Assembly: GCA_964016885.1 (NCBI GenBank)
Contig: OZ024743.1
Span: 18,848,001 to 18,912,000 of the forward strand
Direction: 5' to 3'
Origin: Eledone cirrhosa
Taxonomy: Eukaryota
DNA: 64,000 nt
Part shown: positions 1 to 14,800 of the stretch, one piece after another
How the letters are laid out: each line of letters starts with the position of its first letter
Numbering within the stretch: position 1 is the first letter of the stretch
Made by a program: the position numbers and the translations under genes
Notes under the pieces: model-generated
What the model was told of the DNA's origin: nothing
What the model saw: only the letters and a program-made list of their open reading frames with translations
The model's database searches: none

Positions 1-156
1 GGACGCCATGCTTTCTAGCATAGTTTCGTCCCTTTACGGTTTGAGTTCAAATCCCGCCGAGGTTAACTTTGCCTTTCATCCTTACGGGGTCGATAAAAAA
101 GTACCAGTAATGTACTGGGTAATTGCTGGCCTTGTGCCTAAAGTAGAAACATTTAT
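1..156 (+). mobile_element. tRNA-derived SINE, 5' end cut by window edge
   Basis: B-box GAGTTCAAATCCC, body GGTTAACTTTGCCTTTCATCCTTACGGGGTCGATAAA...GTACCAGT and 3' end GGCCTTGTGCCTAAAGTAGAAAC; near-identical copies at 44329, 61075 and 61296. Confidence 0.85.
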
Positions 157-239
157 TTATACTCCAGTCCTATAAATTGTTGAGTGCTACTTATCCGATA
201 TTTGCATTGCTTTATTCTGCTACAATAAAACTCACCTCC

Positions 240-398
<159 letters not shown>

Positions 399-491
399 TT
401 GTATATTTGTATATATATATATACTGCATATATATATATAACAGCCGTACAAAGAGTGAGAAATGAAATATTTCGTTTCATTTTTTGCATT

Positions 492-527
<36 letters not shown>

Positions 528-868
528 TAGTAATAATAATAAATGTGAAGACTAAAATCCAAAGAGGGCTCGATAAGGATAAATATATATCAAATATATG
601 AGAACCTTAGAGCAAATATTTATTAATCTGTTATAATATATATATATATATATGTATATATTAAAAATATATATTGAGTTAGGAACTCAAAATAGTCACA
701 TACAACAAAATAGCTCTAACAAAGAGATATTTCTGAGCTGTATATTATAATAGAATATAAAAGAAAAGCGAACACAGACATATATGTGTTCAAATCGGAA
801 GGGACCTTATTCGCTAAGGTGAAAAGTATACTAACTATAGACAATTGGGTTCGCTTGTCTCAATGATC

Positions 869-905
869 AGCTGAGGATCCGCTAAGGTGAAACAATTGTT
901 CTCGG
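869..905 (+). ncRNA. Minimal type-I hammerhead motif, family A (stem I 5' arm partly deleted)
   Basis: ag CTGAGGA tcc-gctaa-ggt GAAAC aatt GTT ctcgg; the sister copy at 27625-27688 supplies the full 5' arm ccgag that pairs with ctcgg. Confidence 0.6.
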
Positions 906-964
906 TATGGTGAACTAACTGTTGTGGAACCACTTCTATATACATGTGTGTGTGTGTGTGTGTG

Positions 965-998
<34 letters not shown>

Positions 999-1003
<5 letters not shown>

Positions 1004-1815
1004 TATGAAGAGAGAAGAAACATTTAGATATAATTAGTAATAGAATGTATCATACCTAAACTGCTCCTAGATTCCTCGACTACGAAGTTTCGTGGCATAA
1101 ACAAAAACAATACATCATAAAGATATAGAGTCCTTGCGAGGTCTGCCGACTTATCAAGAGGATACCTCATTTTACTAGATTCAAGAACTCGTCCACACGA
1201 CGTGAGAAAGAATCCCAAAAGGCGGAGGGGAGATAGTCACGCGATATAACGGTCGAGAAACAGAGCTAAGCCTCTTATAACCCCGAAGAAAATACCACGG
1301 AGGCGGAGGGGGTATTTATATCGAAGCCGTAGAAGAGGTGGTGAAGGAGGCGAGAAGTATGAGTAATGGCAGCTTTCCAGCAGTAACCACACTTCAAAGA
1401 TTACTCAACCAGAGGGAGTTATTAACAATATATGTTTCTCAACCGTTATATCGCGTGACTAACTCCCCTCCGCCTTTTGGGATTCTTTCTCACGTCGTGT
1501 GGACGCGTTCTTGAAGCTAGTAAACTGAGGTATCCTCTTGATAAGTCGGCAGACCTCGCAAGGACTCTATATCTTTATGATGCATTGTTTTTGTTTATGC
1601 CACGAAACTACGTAGTCGAGGAATCTAGGAGCAGTTTAGGTATGATACATTTTATTACTAATTATATCTAAATGTTTCTTCTCTCTTCATAATGTATTTT
1701 TTACTCTGATACTGGTTCAGTCTAGTTCAACCGGATTGGTCTGTCCCAGTCATTCATTGAGCAACATCGGTGAGGATGGCACCCTTAACTCACGGTTGGG
1801 TGTGGATGCATTCAT
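999..1815. mobile_element. Non-coding head-to-head inverted insert with two HHR copies (PLE pseudo-LTR or retrozyme type)
   Basis: 999-1262 is the reverse complement of 1433-1696 (about 264 bp, few mismatches); flanked by microsatellite on both sides. Confidence 0.8.
1533..1622 (+). ncRNA. Type-I hammerhead, U3-A8 core, long stem II (mirror copy 1073-1162, minus strand)
   Basis: tcctc TTGATAA gtcggca..(59 nt insert)..tgccac GAAAC tacgta GTC gagga; stem I tcctc/gagga, palindromic loop III. Confidence 0.75.
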
Positions 1816-1853
1816 GTATATGTGTGTGTCCGCATGTATCTGTGTGTTTCTAA

Positions 1854-1980
<127 letters not shown>

Positions 1981-2135
1981 GCATATCTACACACAATGCA
2001 TTATCATGTACACATCATTGGGTGTCTGTTAATGAGCTGTGTTCCACCATATTTAAAACCGTTAAACAGGAGTTGTCTTTCGCCCTACCGGCTGGCTCAC
2101 GTACATTATCCTCCCGAAGCAACCTTTGTGGGATT

Positions 2136-2206
2136 GCAGATTTAGTCGCCGGTGACCCGATTATATAGCAGATTTAGTCGCCGGTGACCCGATTATATAG
2201 CAGATT
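2136..2206. repeat. 32-bp tandem duplication
   Basis: GCAGATTTAGTCGCCGGTGACCCGATTATATA occurs twice, followed by GCAGATT. Confidence 0.9.
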
Positions 2207-2389
2207 GACAGGGCTACAGGATATTAGTAGCGACCATGAGCGACGTGATATAATATGCATACAAAACAGTGAACTACCTCCACGTGTAATTAACTTGTAC
2301 ATGGCTGATCTTTCCACAGACACATGCACTTTTAATACAGCACTGAGTGAGAATTAACGGGACAATGATTGTCACTTGAATTACTGATA

Positions 2390-2530
2390 CTACACATTTC
2401 TGCCTGATTGAACTGGGTCAATGTAAAATAAATTGCATGTCTTGCTTAAGGAGACAACACGTCGGCTGGTCGAAGAATCGAAAGCAAGATATTACGTATG
2501 TTAGCCAAACACTCTAACCATTAAACCACT
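2390..2530 (-). mobile_element. Degenerate tRNA-derived SINE (older family)
   Basis: Minus strand starts GTGGTTTAATGGTTAGAGTGTT (A-box-like), has TTCGATTC (B-box-like), then a TGTTGTCTCCTTAAGCAAGACA core. Confidence 0.5.
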
Positions 2531-3351
2531 CGTCTTCACAGATATATGCACACGAGATTGCCATTTGTATAAACTCTCAAAGATGCATTGGCACAAAATA
2601 ACACAAGAAATTTATAAAAACAGTACATTGTTGCGATTCAGTGAAATGACAATGCAACCTGGCTCAATCTTTCCAAATGTAATCATGTGTTCTATTTTCG
2701 TTTTCAAGAATACTTTAAGATATAAGCATATGGTATATACACAAATCCATACAAAATTAGTAATCTCACAAACGAACACACGTGTTCTATACAGGCATGT
2801 GCTTCTACGGCATGCATGCAGTAATAACCTCCACTTACTTATGCATATAGAATATATACCTCACGTATTCACAAAACCTCGGATCCGTATTCATTCAAAC
2901 AAAGAAATGTAAATGTTATTTTGTGAGTGTCTGCCTTTAAATCTGCAAAGAACGTAAATATATTCCAGTTAAATCATACAATGACTATCTGTTTATACTT
3001 ATATGTGTAGGTAAGTGAGGAAACAGGTAGAATATTGGAGAAATGCCTAGTTAGATAGGTACATGCATACCGATTTATAATTCTTTAAACTAACCGAAAT
3101 GTACATTTCTGTATATTCCTATATCGATCGTTTATTATGTATCTTTTCTTTCTTTCGGTCAATTCATGTATATTTTCGGTTTATATAACATACCAGCAAT
3201 TCTGCAGATTGCACCAAATTTCAATGGATGTTTCAATCTTGCGCTCCTCTTATTTCTCCATTTTGTTGCTCAGTTGCTGTCTATAAATATTTATATAATC
3301 CAAATATTATGGATAGACATATGCATATAGATGGATATCGTACACAAACAA

Positions 3352-3386
<35 letters not shown>

Positions 3387-3418
3387 CAAACATACATATA
3401 TATATACAAACATACATA

Positions 3419-3485
<67 letters not shown>

Positions 3486-3515
3486 TTGTATCTATGTATG
3501 TATGTATGTATAATG

Positions 3516-3548
<33 letters not shown>

Positions 3549-3549
3549 A

Positions 3550-3642
<93 letters not shown>

Positions 3643-3653
3643 CATATTTATAT

Positions 3654-3690
<37 letters not shown>

Positions 3691-4204
3691 CGTATATATA
3701 CAGAGATAGAGAGTGAGAGATTTGTTTACAACCAGATCGTTTCACGTATTTCAATAAAGTGCCATAGGTAATATTTTTACATATGCATAGTACTGAGCAT
3801 GCATATCATACATATCATGGTATGCCTCTCGTATATTGCCAATCTTTTATTGCAGTAATGTAAAAAGACACAAAGTAGAATATATTGCTATTTATTCCTG
3901 GATACAATGAATGCTGTAAGATATTAATGTTATCAAGATTTATTTCGACCTTTCAAATGTATATCTGTATGTGAGTGCCAATGTGTATCTGTATTGTACC
4001 TCTATAGATAAATATCTAACAATTTCAAATAGGGAACAATAATCTGCTATTACGCTGGTTTCTATATATTGTAATTTCTTATCCTAGTTTATTGTTTCTT
4101 ACACAATACAAATCCTATTAAAGAAATAATGTACACATATATGAATTTACATATCTACAGATATATATCGTTTTCACTCACTCTCTTACTATTCTCCCTC
4201 ACAT

Positions 4205-5148
<944 letters not shown>

Positions 5149-5945
5149 CATTTTATATCTACGTATGTATATGTAGTTCTTTCTCTTGCTTTAGACATGG
5201 TGGCAACATACTTTTCAATAGTAAATAAAAGCTCTTTCAATAGGCGAATGCAAACAGCTCAACGTGAACTTTACTTGTTGATTGCACGAAATCGTGTCTT
5301 CCTGAAATATCACAACTGATGTGATAGGGAAAAATACTTGTCATGGACAAGATCTCGGCATTAGAATTGCATTTCTTAATATTACTTCAGATGTCCACAT
5401 TTAACATAATATTTTCATTCCACTTACAAATAGCTAACAGTGAAATGCCATTATTATCAGAGACACACTTACTGTATATGCTATAATATAAGTCGAAGAA
5501 ACAGCAATAAAAAGAATTGCAACTGTGCCTAATACATCAGCCAATATCTGCTCTAATATCAATCTTGAAATGTAAGATTATATTCTTAATTTTAATAATA
5601 ATGTAGGTTACCGGCACTGCTTATTTTATGCCCCATCGGTGTGTCTGATTTGAGAGGAAATGATTGCGCCACTTACACATCCTTAATATGAATCTTTAAT
5701 GATGTACACGAAAACATCACATAATCTGTGCATAGGAACAATGGGTATTTTTAATACATTCATACAGAGGAAAGTTCGAACGTTAGATATATTATACGTT
5801 TCGAACAAACGTGTCCTTCGCAAGAAAAAGGAAAAAATTCGAAACACAAAGTGGATAACAGATACTATGTGTTGTGCTCCATTATATAGTATCTATCTTT
5901 CACACACACACAGACACACACATACTTACACACACGCACGCACAC

Positions 5946-5978
<33 letters not shown>

Positions 5979-6366
5979 ATAATACTATTTATAGTTATGT
6001 ATATGTTATAAAAAACTATAAACACGAAAGGTCAGTAATATTCTACTACCTTATTACCAGTAAGAGAAATAGCTCAATGTAAGAATATCAGTTCTTTTAC
6101 AGAGCAGAAAAATAAATAAATTAGGCAATTATCAAAGTTGTGTTCAAATCATTTAATAGCTGACAATCGTTTCTTCCAAACTCTCGTTTAGTGGCATCGG
6201 AGCATTAACAATGTTTGCACATATAATTAACCTCCTATTCAACTGAACAATAATATAGATACAAATACGAAACTGTTGCTCACAACATCAATATATATTT
6301 GAACACAACTTTGATAATGTATTTATCAAACTTTGATAATGTATTTATTATATATATATATATATT

Positions 6367-6429
<63 letters not shown>

Positions 6430-6610
6430 CATTAATATAAGTATAATTAGGTACACGGGTGACATGTTCAGGTACTTAATTTTCGTTGGATTGTTCAACC
6501 CAACTCATTCAGCATATCATTAGAAAGAAAATGGCTTAGGACGGTGGACATTTTATTTAAAGTGTTCTAAGGCTAGGTAATAAGATAGTTATCGATAAAT
6601 ATATAAATAA

Positions 6611-8336
6611 CACCGTGTAATATATTATTTGTTCCCCGGTTCTAAGTATTATTTTCTGGTTTGTTATATCCCATTATTAGGAGAAATATACTATTATTTA
6701 ATCAGAAGTTTGGGTTTTTGGTCAGGAGTTTGATATTTCGAAATTTTCATATTTTTCAAGAAAAAACACATTTTTTAAAAATGTATCAGTTCATATAATT
6801 AAATCAACAGAGTATATATTTATTTTATTACACAAGATTATCAAAAGCGACCAAGTAAAAACAAACAACACTAATAAAGCAACTTATACACGTAAGAAAT
6901 GAATGAATTTCCTGGATTTGCGGTTGTAGTCCAGGTCGAATTCCCGCACTAGCCCCCTGATATATTCCCCCATCATGTTTTCATTGTAGTGGCCCCGGTA
7001 CCTCCGCTCTATCTCTTTCCCATATTGGTGGAATCGTTCGTCTTGTTCTTCTGAGTAGGCGCCCATATTGTCCTCGAAGTTTTCCAGGTGAGCGTACAGC
7101 ATATGGAGTTTAAGCGACATCCTGCATCCCATGGCGCCAAAAGCCTTTATCAGATCCTGCACCAGGTGCTGGTAGTTTTCAGCGCTGTAGTTGCCCAGGA
7201 AGCCCTTAACAAATGGCTTGAAACAGTCCCATGCTGTTCTCACAATCCTATTGAGCTTATTGGAGAGCTCGGTAGATTCAAACACCTTCTTTATCTGAGA
7301 TCCAACAAAAATTCCACCTTTGATTTTGGCCCTAGATAACTTGGGGAAGAACTCAAGAAGTTACTTAAAAGCGGCTGATTCTTAGTTGAGAGCCTTCACA
7401 AACTGCTTCATCAACCCCAACTTAATGTGCAGTGGCGGATATGAGCACAATCCTGGGATCAACCAGTGGCTCTCACATGATGTTCCGGGTCCCAACTACA
7501 AATTCTTTTCGCTGCTCCTAGTTCTTTCTTTTGTAGGGGTCAGAGGTGGCTCTGCTATCTCAAAGGCAGGGGAAGCATTGGAAATCCTCCTTGGAGCACA
7601 AGCAGGAAAGCCACCATCTTGAAGTCTCCAATGATTTCCCAATTGTAATGGTTGTATTGCAGAGCTACCAAGAGGACTTTCACACTGTAGTAATATTCCT
7701 TCAGGCAGACTGAATTAGCTAGGGGCAGTGTCGGGAACTTGTTTCTATTGTGGAGGATGACACCCTTCAAACTTGTGATGGAGCTGTCTATAAATATCCG
7801 CCACTCCTTAGGCACAAACGCACCCCAATAACGTCAAACAGTCCAGGCACGTCAAAGCAGAAGCAGAGGCCATCCCTAAGAGTGTAAAAGCCTGAGAAAG
7901 GTTTGTGTCGACTTCTCTGACTTGTCACCTGTACTTCCTCTTTGACCAAGTTCCACTGCTTCATTCTAGAGACGAATGCTCAAAACACAACTTACCCTTT
8001 ATTCAGGGTGCGAAAATCCAATATCAATAAATCTCTTTAATCCACTTTTTAACAATGTTATACTTTATTGCACTTCTATAATTTTCTTTAGGTATTACTC
8101 TTTATTTCATAATTTCAATTTAACCTGAAACATATATTAAAATATTGTTTAACATAAGAAAATTAAACTTACATACGACGTATACATATAATTGTAGTGA
8201 ATAGCTTAGAATTTTTACAAACCCAAACTTTTAACTGTTTAATAGCACTTTTTCTTTATTTATTTGGGACCTAAGCAAGACAAAAAATGATTACAAGCCA
8301 GGAACAGAGAAAACATGTTTTTTTTTATACACGGTG
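6611..8336 (-). mobile_element. Chapaev3-type (CMC superfamily) DNA transposon, internally deleted
   Basis: Termini CACCGTGTA...TACACGGTG with subterminal TGTTCC..GG; 3-bp TAA duplication at 6608-6610 and 8337-8339. Family assignment is from recalled motifs. Confidence 0.8.
6884..7980 (-). pseudogene. Chapaev3-like transposase remnant (frameshifts, N-terminus missing)
   Basis: Motifs WRIFIDSSITSLKGVILH, WEIIGDFKMVAFL, PPLHIKLGLMKQFVKAL, MSLKLHMLYAHLENF and YSEEQDERFHQ are spread over several frames. Confidence 0.8.
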
Positions 8337-8714
8337 TAATGTAACGGAACATAGGGCTAACTATAACAAAAAGCAACATAGGCAACTCGTGTTTCACAAG
8401 GAGCCTAGGGATGAAGTTGAAAATTCGAAGAAAATAAATAAATCCAAGTAATCTGTTCTAGAGCAGTTCTCAGACCAAATTTTGCTTCATGAGGAGAGCC
8501 ACTAAAGCTGGCGTGGTGCGTCTTTAAGCAACGTTACACTGAACAGAGATGTGTGATATATTCCATTTCTCCGAGTTACACAGCTAGCGAAGTTTCTTCC
8601 CATTGACGTAGAGTGAGCATCCTTCTAGTATGTTCCTTTAATGGAGAACCCTGTGCTTTACTTTAGTTTCCACATATGTTCACTGAGCTGAGTGGAATGC
8701 TTTTTTGTCTGAAG

Positions 8715-8880
8715 GTTGTGTCATATTTCAGGAACCAGGTCTCAGACACTCCTACATAGGGCCAGGCTTCAGTTTGGCGGTTTTTGTTGGTGGATGTCTT
8801 TTCAACTTCATATATCACTGCTAGAGTTCTCCTCTATTGATCTAGGTTGCATGCCCCTGGCCTTCTGCCTGAACATCCGT
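8715..8880 (-). pseudogene. Possible LINE AP-endonuclease relic
   Basis: Minus-strand peptides QKARGM and YVGVSETWF resemble APE motifs (WNARGL, ETW); highly decayed. Confidence 0.3.
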
Positions 8881-11800
8881 ACGGTTGTAGTCTATTGCGT
8901 GTGTTGTTGATGATGAATTACATGTTTGCGGACAAATGTAGACCGTTTTCCCGGTGGGATGCCAGTTTTCTTATCATGGCAGACTGTGTGAGTTGGCATA
9001 GAAAACCCATAGAAGCGTACATACCTGTATATGTCACTTTTGTAATTAATTATACTTAACTCTTCCTATGGACTGAGTGCTCTTAACCCTTTTATATTTA
9101 TACTAAATGTTTATTACACTATGTATACATATATATACTTGTATGTGTGTTTGTGTGTGACAAAATGTGTGTTCTATCCATCACACGAGTAATTATGTAA
9201 ATAATATTATTTTTTTCATGTTCATGTAATGCGTTTCATCATAAAACACTTCCAATCCTGTATTAGGTTTTAATCTTACATGCATAAAGTGTCGTTTTGC
9301 TTAAAGTAGTCGTAATCGAATTCAAATATGTTCTTGTTTGTTAATAAAGAGCGAAATTCAATTAGTTTTAATTATATTAGTTATACGGAACCAACTGGAA
9401 ATTTGGTTTCTTAAGTATCTGAAGATCTACAATTATCTATATGGATTAGGTGTCCATTATACTTATAAGTAATGCGCGTGTCTTATAATTTCTTGTTTTT
9501 ACTTTCTTTTCTGGTGGGCCAAACAATGGTGAAGCACCATGATGTAAACAATAGTTGTTACGTAAGTACACTACTTATAAGTTGCCTCTGCCAAAACCAT
9601 TGTGTTTTAACGCGTGTTTATCAGTAATTATATATATATTTTGTATAATATTAATGAAATGATTTACTGAATAACAAAATTCTCTTGTTTCGACTTTTAG
9701 CGAAACAGCTAAACGCTGCATTGCAGGTTTATTTCAAAATGTACTAAAGACATATTGATGCGCGTTCGTAGATTTGTATGTATGTTACGCACGTTATAAG
9801 GTTCCTTGCTTCGCCACATGCAATTACATTATTAGTGAACTACATTGGAATATGTCATAACTTTAGACGATATAAGTGCAGCGTATTTAATATTAATATG
9901 CCATATTTTATAATCAAGAGAATTACAAACTGAAAATCAATTCTGTCAGTAAGTTATTGCCAACAGCATTGACGAAGCATGTATATATGTTTCCCACCCA
10001 ATTCTGTCAGCACCGACGTTTCTCAGGAAAATATTAATGATATATAATTATGCACGAATACATTATACATATAATTATGCACGAATCTTTAGAAAAAGAC
10101 ACAAGTAAGATCAAGATATTCTTCTTCTCAGATCGAGATAAAATTTCTCATATTTATTAATCTGATGCATCTATAGAATATAGTTATAGACATGTATCTG
10201 GATATTATTTATTTTAGATTTTCAATTAGAACAAAAAGCATTTGCGCTAAACTAGACAACGGTTTCACAACAACATTTAATATCCGGAATTCAATATGTT
10301 CATCTTGTAGTCATACCCATCTTTCTTCTTTAAAAGTGCTCCTCGTTAAATTAATTTGAAGTGCCGTCCTTACATATATGTATTTTTATCCTACCAATAG
10401 CTGAACGAATGCATTGATTTTATCATATCAACATCAAGCAGCAATGTTTATTTCGGGATTTTTAATAACTTACGTTTTTGTTTTAAAATTCTCTGAACCT
10501 GTTGGGAAACTTTTTAGACAGTAAATTTATACAACATGCTTAAAGCATGCAGTTGCCCACATACTACCTAATTTAATACGCAGGTCACCAAAGTTTCTTG
10601 ATTCTATATGAATTGATTTGATTAACTGTACATACATTTCTTGAGTACAAATCTCAGAATACACGAAAGCATCAATTTAATTATCATGCCTGTACATCCA
10701 TATTATCCTCTTTATAGCAAAACGAAATATGCGAATATATATCGATTTTTTTCTCAATAATTATCCTATAAAGAATTTATTAGGTTGCTGCGTCAAGCTG
10801 AAATCATATGATTAGGCTATATGCAAGTTGATGATTAATGCCAATGAATGTTCAAATTCCGATAATTCGATTGCTTATGTGTTGTTCCAACTTACATTTT
10901 GGCATTCAGTCTCAAAATGTGGAAAAATAGTGTAATATTTGGAGTATTTAATATTTGTCATCTAATTATCACTTAACTTGTCAAATGGGATAATCAACGA
11001 ACCAATGAGGTATTATCTACTTGGTCATTTGATCAGCAGAACAATAAAAATCAAATCTACCTGACATTTGACAGTGTTCTGTTCTCCTCGAATAAAGGAG
11101 GATTTCTTAGGATTATGTAATCTAATATGCACTAGGTATTAATGAACCAAAATTAATGATCAGTTCTGAAATTTCTTTAGCCATATGTATGTGTGATCGT
11201 AGTTGACCTAATGATAAACAAAATCTATAAAAATATAATCGACTACAGGTCCATTTGCCGCGTTTCTCTGTTATCTCTGATATCCTTCTGAAATGTTGAT
11301 AATGTAGCAATAAGGATATAAAGATTTTAATACATATTACATCGGTAGTGCACAATTATAATACGTATTTGGGAACATATGAATTAAATTCTAGCTTCTC
11401 ATATTGTCTCACTAATATATATTTGTGTATATGTATGCAATATTTAATTTACTGATATGTATTTAAGTATACTCGTTGATGGATACTTCAACTAGATCTT
11501 CTTGATTCTATTAAATGCATTGCGTGATATCATGACAAATGCAATGATTTCAACTTCATGAAATTACTACATAATATACTTATAGCTGGTATTGTGTAAT
11601 ATGTTCGAACATACACCTACAACCCTTCATATTACAGTTGTCAATATATATCACAAAATAGAAATTTGTACAATAAAGTAACATCTCGAAATACTTTAAT
11701 TGTTTTGATGAAATATATTTTGGTAGAAATTGTAATTTGAATGGTCCAATCAACAAATATTATTCATAACAAAATAACACCTGCAATTGTAGTTCTTGGT

Positions 11801-14800
11801 GTTTAGCCGCAATTCAAGACATATCTCCGAATTAGTTATAAATAAAAAGATTCTCTCTTTTAAGGTTGAATATAACTTATTTTACGCGCTTTTCACTTAT
11901 AGTACCATGGATAACATATGTATTACAATGAAATACGGAACTTACTTTAACTTAATTCGTTAAGAGATTAAGCTAAGACATAAAATAAATTAAACTTAAC
12001 AACGATAATCATCTACGTAGATATTTCAACCTATTAAAATAGTTTCCAAATCACAATAACAACAACTTCATACATTGAAACTGGCATGATACATTGGATA
12101 ATTTAGATTGGTTACCTGTATATGTTTAATATTGGATGGCCATATGTGTAACAATCTGTGTCTGTCTATTTGATGCATCTAATGAAACGTAAATGTCAAA
12201 ACTAAATATTTGAAAACAAAATCCATCATGTATCCAATACCTATCCATCATAATTTGTTTCCTCGTATCAATTATTTATATTCATGAAAACATTGTGTAG
12301 GTCAATACAAATACATCATTTCAATATGTTACATGAGGTAGGAATGCAAGATAATAATGATAATATGAATTTTCTTTTATATATTGTATTGTGACGTATA
12401 TATTTGGAAATGTTATTTAGACATTACAAAAACAACAAACTTGAAATGAGCGAAAACCTAAATTTTAATGAATTAACTGTAAAACTGTATGAATTTTATC
12501 AGCATGCGTTTGTGTATACGGCATCAGTATTACGGTAACAAATGTGAACGGAACATATTCATTTGAAGCATTTTTGTTATGTAAACCTTGAAATTACGTT
12601 GTCGAAGAAGTTTAATTCACTGAAGACAAACAAACATTATATTCTAGCCCTCTGTGCTTCATACAGAAGATTTTCCGTTATATGCTTATCTAGGATCCGA
12701 TGTTCTACATGACTCCATATATAATTATATAGCCGTTAGTGTTTGGTACGTATGCATCTAGCAAGCATAGGTTATCCTACGTCTCTAGGGTCGAACATGT
12801 TTTCGAATCACTAGAATCGCTGATGTAGTTACAGGTCTTTGAGTATGATAACTTCTTAGCAAAATGTGGATTGAAATATTCTCTAGAGGAGTTATTGGAA
12901 TTAGATCTATGTACTACGCGGATATATCAACATGAAATAAATCAAAATATACATAATCAATATTTCCACGCACAGGAAATTCCTCAGTGTTCTTTAACAC
13001 TTAATGATTTATATATTCCGAAAGAGATAATTAGAAATTAGGAAAAAACATACGAACATATTTTAAAGCGGAACACTAGTAAAATCAAAGTCAAAAGCCC
13101 TCTTCAGTATGTGATTTACCCTTCAATAGCTAATATAGTAAAATTGTAAATTCAGGAATGCTTTTGTTCCTTTCTTGTTTGTTTAATATTTTATGATCAC
13201 AGTATTTTATTTTGAATATTCGCTGTGTTTAATATACGAATATATAGGAATATTTTCAGAAATGTATCGGCAACATCATATTTAAATGCTGGGTAGTAGA
13301 TATTTCGATTCTACTCTGAGATACATACAGAACTATTCAAGTGTTAGGAAGGTAGGTTAGTTACTTTCGTGTTGTGGGCTTGTTTCCTATCATGGGTATT
13401 ACACTGCATATATTGAAACTGAGTATTGTTATGCAATAGTAGAGTGCCGTCATCACGAATTACTGCGTTCAATTATAATGTCGAAAGTCATAAAGAGTAA
13501 TTTATATATTCAGAGTGATATTTTAGCTAGCTGTTCTAATTCCCTGAAGTTGTGTCTGTTAAGCACAAACAATGTCCACACATTCGCTATTAGAAAACAA
13601 TGATACTTCAGTAAAATATTCTGATTTACAACAGTAATTTCAACCACCCTACTACCCTACTTAAATGGTTTTGATGAGACCTTCTCAAAAATATTACATT
13701 CCGTTCTGGTTGTTATTGTATCATTAAAATATTAAACGTCTGTTTATATTACTCGCCGCATTTCTAAAATAGAAAATTAAATTGCCTTAAAAATTATAGT
13801 TTTACAACAGTTATACAACAGGAATTCAAATAGCTAACCTTATATCTATGATAGAGTGTTATTTGAGGGAATATGACGAAATCCTTTGACAATAAATACA
13901 TGTTTCTGTTTGACGTAAACAATATAGTATAATTAAGAAACACAATAAAATAGTTGCAGGCGAACTTGAATTCTATTGATACCTATATTCCGTATATATT
14001 TTCATAGGTATAAAGAAATTTCAGCTCTCACCTATATTATTGCATGTATATAACTATCTTGGGAAAGTATTCAAGGGCAACTGCTCAAGCCCATTGTTAC
14101 GTGGTTATTGTTATCGAAAATCATGGAATATTATAAGATGATCGTGCCTATAGTCATTATGTGATGAACCCAAAAGCAAACTGTTTATTCTTTGCAGCAA
14201 CATTAAATGGATGTCTGCTATTTCATGCCAATGGTCATTCGATTTTGGGAACTATATTGAAAGGAGTATAGTTTACTACTAAACCTATCGCTACTGCAGC
14301 CAGTGATTTCTGTGTTTATCAACTTATTTGGTACTGTTTCGTACTCATTCCCTCATATATTACCAGAAATAATCTATCATAACTTTTTCTCCTAGACGTT
14401 TTATTAAATGAAATATATTGATATATCAGTTAACTGCGTAAGCATATAATTTTGCATTGTTTACGATTTTATTCCTTTATTTCCACCTTATATTACATAT
14501 AATATTTCATATTATATATAACCTACATGGAAAGCGCCTAGTAATTATCAGCAAGGTATACGGTCAGGTAAACCACCATAGATAATAATTATAATACTAA
14601 TTGTCTATTCAGTTGTAAAGCTACGTAATACATATATCATAATATCAAATATGTATGAACTTAACAATTCTAATAATTTTCGCCACTATTAAAAACTATA
14701 TTTTTCAATTTATTTAATGCGAGTATGTCAAACGTGCGTTGTTTACCTTTAATTCAGTTAACGTATAGGATATGCTATCATTTTTCTGAATCGTTATAAA

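Noticed and set aside
1024-1671. Duplicated 64-aa ORF on both strands
   Set aside because: By-product of the inverted repeat; non-ATG start, overlaps the HHR, no recognisable domain.
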